Positions 20,901-23,796 of a stretch of DNA of 23,796 nt are shown piece by piece; position 1 is the first letter of the stretch, and each line of letters starts with the position of its first letter. The notes under the pieces were generated by a model. That model made no database searches and was not told where the DNA came from. It saw only the letters and a program-made list of their open reading frames with translations. The translations under genes were made by a program, and so were the position numbers. The DNA comes from Utricularia gibba (lineage: Eukaryota > Plantae > Magnoliophyta): assembly GCA_002189035.1 (NCBI GenBank), contig NEEC01000340.1:1-23796 (forward strand), in the 5' to 3' direction.

Positions 20901-23796
20901 GGTGGTGGCTAGGGACACACCCTTAAATGATCATCTCGAAATCCAAAATTTCACATCGTCCCATGAAATACATACGTCTTGCATGTCAAAAATCACATTC
21001 GCATCGAGTCAGGTGTCCCGAGTCACATTTTCGCGAATGTGGTGGCCACTTCGTTGCACATCTGAAGGCTAATATAAGGCAATCTTTCGAGCATTTGTGC
21101 AGCCTCGGACGAACAAGTTCTCAACACGAAAGAAGACCGGCTCGGAACGAGCTTCGAAACGGTATGATATGTGCAACATGACTCATCACCGTTCGCAAGA
21201 TATCCACTCGATACCGAAGAGTGCACGAGGCCACCATGAGGTGTGGCTAGGACACACCATCTTAAATGATCATCTCGAAATCCAAAATTTCACATCGTCC
21301 CATGAAATACATACGTCTTGCATGTCAAAAATCACATTCGCATCGAGTCAGGTGTCCCGAGTCACATTTTCGCGAATGTGGTGGCCACTTCGTTGCACAT
21401 CTGAAGGCTAATATAAGGCAATCTTTCGAGCATTTGTGCAGCCTCGGACGAACAAGTTCTCAACACGAAAGAAGACCGGCTCGGAACGAGCTTCGAAACG
21501 GTATGATATGTGCAACATGACTCATCACCGTTCGCAAGATATCCACTCGATACCGAAGAGTGCACGAGGCCACCATGAGGTTGTGGCTAGGACACACCCT
21601 TAAATGATCATCTCGAAATCCAAAATTTCACATCGTCCCATGAAATACATACGTCTTGCATGTCAAAAATCACATTCGCATCGAGTCAGGTGTCCCGAGT
21701 CACATTTTCGCGAACGTGGTGGCCACTTCGTTGCACATCTGAAGGCTAATATAAGGCAATCTTTCGAGCATTTGTGCAGCCTCGGACGAACAAGTTCTCA
21801 ACACGAAAGAAGACCGGCTCGGAACGAGCTTCGAAACGGTATGATATGTGCAACATGACTCATCACCGTTCGCAAGATATCCACTCGATACCGAAGAGTG
21901 CACGAGGCCACCATGAGGTGGTGGCTAGGGACACACCCTTAAATGATCATCTCGAAATCCAAAATTTCACATCGTCCCATGAAATACATACGTCTTGCAT
22001 GTCAAAAATCACATTCGCATCGAGTCAGGTGTCCCGAGTCACATTTTCGCGAATGTGGTGGCCACTTCGTTGCACATCTGAAGGCTAATATAAGGCAATC
22101 TTTCGAGCATTTGTGCAGCCTCGGACGAACAAGTTCTCAACACGAAAGAAGACCGGCTCGGAACGAGCTTCGAAACGGTATGATATGTGCAACATGACTC
22201 ATCACCGTTCGCAAGATATCCACTCGATACCGAAGAGTGCACGAGGCCACCATGAGGTGGTGGCTAGGGACACACCCTTAAATGATCATCTCGAAATCCA
22301 AAATTTCACATCGTCCCATGAAATACATACGTCTTGCATGTCAAAAATCACATTCGCATCGAGTCAGGTGTCCCGAGTCACATTTCGCGAATGTGGTGGC
22401 CACTTCGTTGCACATCTGAAGGCTAATATAAGGCAATCTTTCGAGCATTTGTGCCTCGGACGAACAAGTTCTCAACACGAAAGAAGACCGGCTCGGAACG
22501 AGCTTCGAAACGGTATGATATGTGCAACATGACTCATCACCGTTCGCAAGATATCCACTCGATACCGAAGAGTGCACGAGGCCACCATGAGGTTGTGGCT
22601 AGGGACACACCCCTTAAATGATCATCTCGAAATCCAAAATTTCACATCGTCCATGAAATACATACGTCTTGCATGTCAAATTCGCATCGAGTCAGGTGTC
22701 CCGAGTCACATTTTCGCGAACGTGGTGGCCACTTCGTTGCACATCTGAAGGCTAATATAAGGCAATCTTTCGAGCATTTGTGCAGCCTCGGACGAACAAG
22801 TTCTCAACACGAAAGAAGACCGGCTCGGAACGAGCTTCGAAACGGTATGATATGTGCAACATGACTCATCACCGTTCGCAAGATATCCACTCGATACCGA
22901 AGAGTGCACGAGGCCACCATGAGGTGTGGCTAGGACACACCCTTAAATGATCATCTCGAAATCCAAAATTTCACATCGTCCCATGAAATACATACGTCTT
23001 GCATGTCAAAAATCACATTCGCATCGAGTCAGGTGTCCCGAGTCACATTTTCGCGAATGTGGTGGCCACTTCGTTGCACATCTGAAGGCTAATATAAGGC
23101 AATCTTTCGAGCATTTGTGCAGCCTCGGACGAACAAGTTCTCAACACGAAAGAAGACCGGCTCGGAACGAGCTTCGAAACGGTATGATATGTGCAACATG
23201 ACTCATCACCGTTCGCAAGATATCCACTCGATACCGAAGAGTGCACGAGGCCACCATGAGGTGGTGGCTAGGGACACACCCTTAAATGATCATCTCGAAA
23301 TCCAAAATTTCACATCGTCCCATGAAATACATACGTCTTGCATGTCAAAAATCACATTCGCATCGAGTCAGGTGTCCCGAGTCACATTTTCGCGAACGTG
23401 GTGGCCACTTCGTTGCACATCTGAAGGCTAATATAAGGCAATCTTTCGAGCATTTGTGCAGCCTCGACGAACAAGTTCTCAACACGAAAGAAGACCGGCT
23501 CGGAACGAGCTTCGAAACGGTATGATATGTGCAACATGACTCATCACCGTTCGCAAGATATCCACTCGATACCGAAGAGTGCACGAGGCCACCATGAGTG
23601 TGGCTAGGGACACACCCTTAAATGATCATCTCGAAATCCAAAATTTCACATCGTCCCATGAAATACATACGTCTTGCATGTCAAAAATCACATTCGCATC
23701 GAGTCAGGTGTCCCGAGTCACATTTTCGCGAATGTGGTGGCCACTTCGTTGCACATCTGAAGGCTAATATAAGGCAATCTTTCGAGCATTTGTGCA

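Larger units (their letters stand above)
1..23796. repeat. Tandem satellite-like array, ~339 bp monomer, ~72-74 copies, single orientation
   Basis: The same sequence recurs from the first to the last base. Identical ORF translations recur at exact 339-bp offsets (9146/9485; 20588/20927/21266; 20758/21097). I counted about 74 copies or remnants of the AGGCTAATATAAGG segment. There are no unique spacers and no inversion. Confidence 0.98.

Noticed and set aside
111-23767. All ORFs in the supplied track (60-160 aa, both strands)
   Set aside because: They are repeated translations of the same monomer in several overlapping frames. Their lengths change with 1-bp indels, no frame is conserved across copies, every forward frame is closed by stops within a unit, and I recognise no domain.
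1-23796. CRISPR array
   Set aside because: There are no unique spacers. The entire 339 bp repeats, and no cas genes or leader are present.
1-23796. Primate alpha-satellite 340-bp dimer or an internal 2 x 170 bp dimer structure
   Set aside because: The sequence lacks alphoid motifs and is too GC- and CpG-rich. The two halves of the monomer do not align at a constant offset.
1-23796. rRNA/tRNA/5S rDNA tandem unit, or MITE/LTR-derived unit
   Set aside because: I found no 5S, tRNA cloverleaf or A/B-box pattern, no terminal inverted repeats with target duplications, and no TG...CA LTR boundaries.
1-23796. Homopolymer length differences between copies (CCC/CC, TTTT/TTT, AAAA/AAA)
   Set aside because: This is a typical long-read or consensus error pattern and is not treated as biological variation without read-level support.

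Overview
The whole window is one uninterrupted head-to-tail tandem array of a non-coding monomer. The modal length is 339 bp, GC is about 47-48% by my count of a clean copy, and there are roughly 72-74 copies including truncated ones, all in the same orientation with no unique flanking DNA. A clean copy is 9096-9434. I see no credible protein-coding gene, RNA gene, transposon or CRISPR array, and all listed ORFs are chance translations of the repeat. I do not recognise the family. It is most simply a eukaryotic-type satellite DNA, but a rolling-circle concatemer of a ~340-nt circle cannot be excluded from this window. Internal structure worth noting: (i) a longer 345-347 bp monomer subtype enriched at the left end, with linked substitutions; (ii) recurring substitutions that are mostly CpG<->TpG/CpA transitions; (iii) many inverted repeats and hairpins in the monomer; (iv) a perfect ATGACTCAT (GCN4/AP-1 type) site per copy; (v) scrambled zones at about 10490-12520 and 14630-14990 that share an identical 51-bp rearranged junction. 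Much copy-to-copy variation (homopolymer indels, intermediate alleles) looks like long-read or consensus error.
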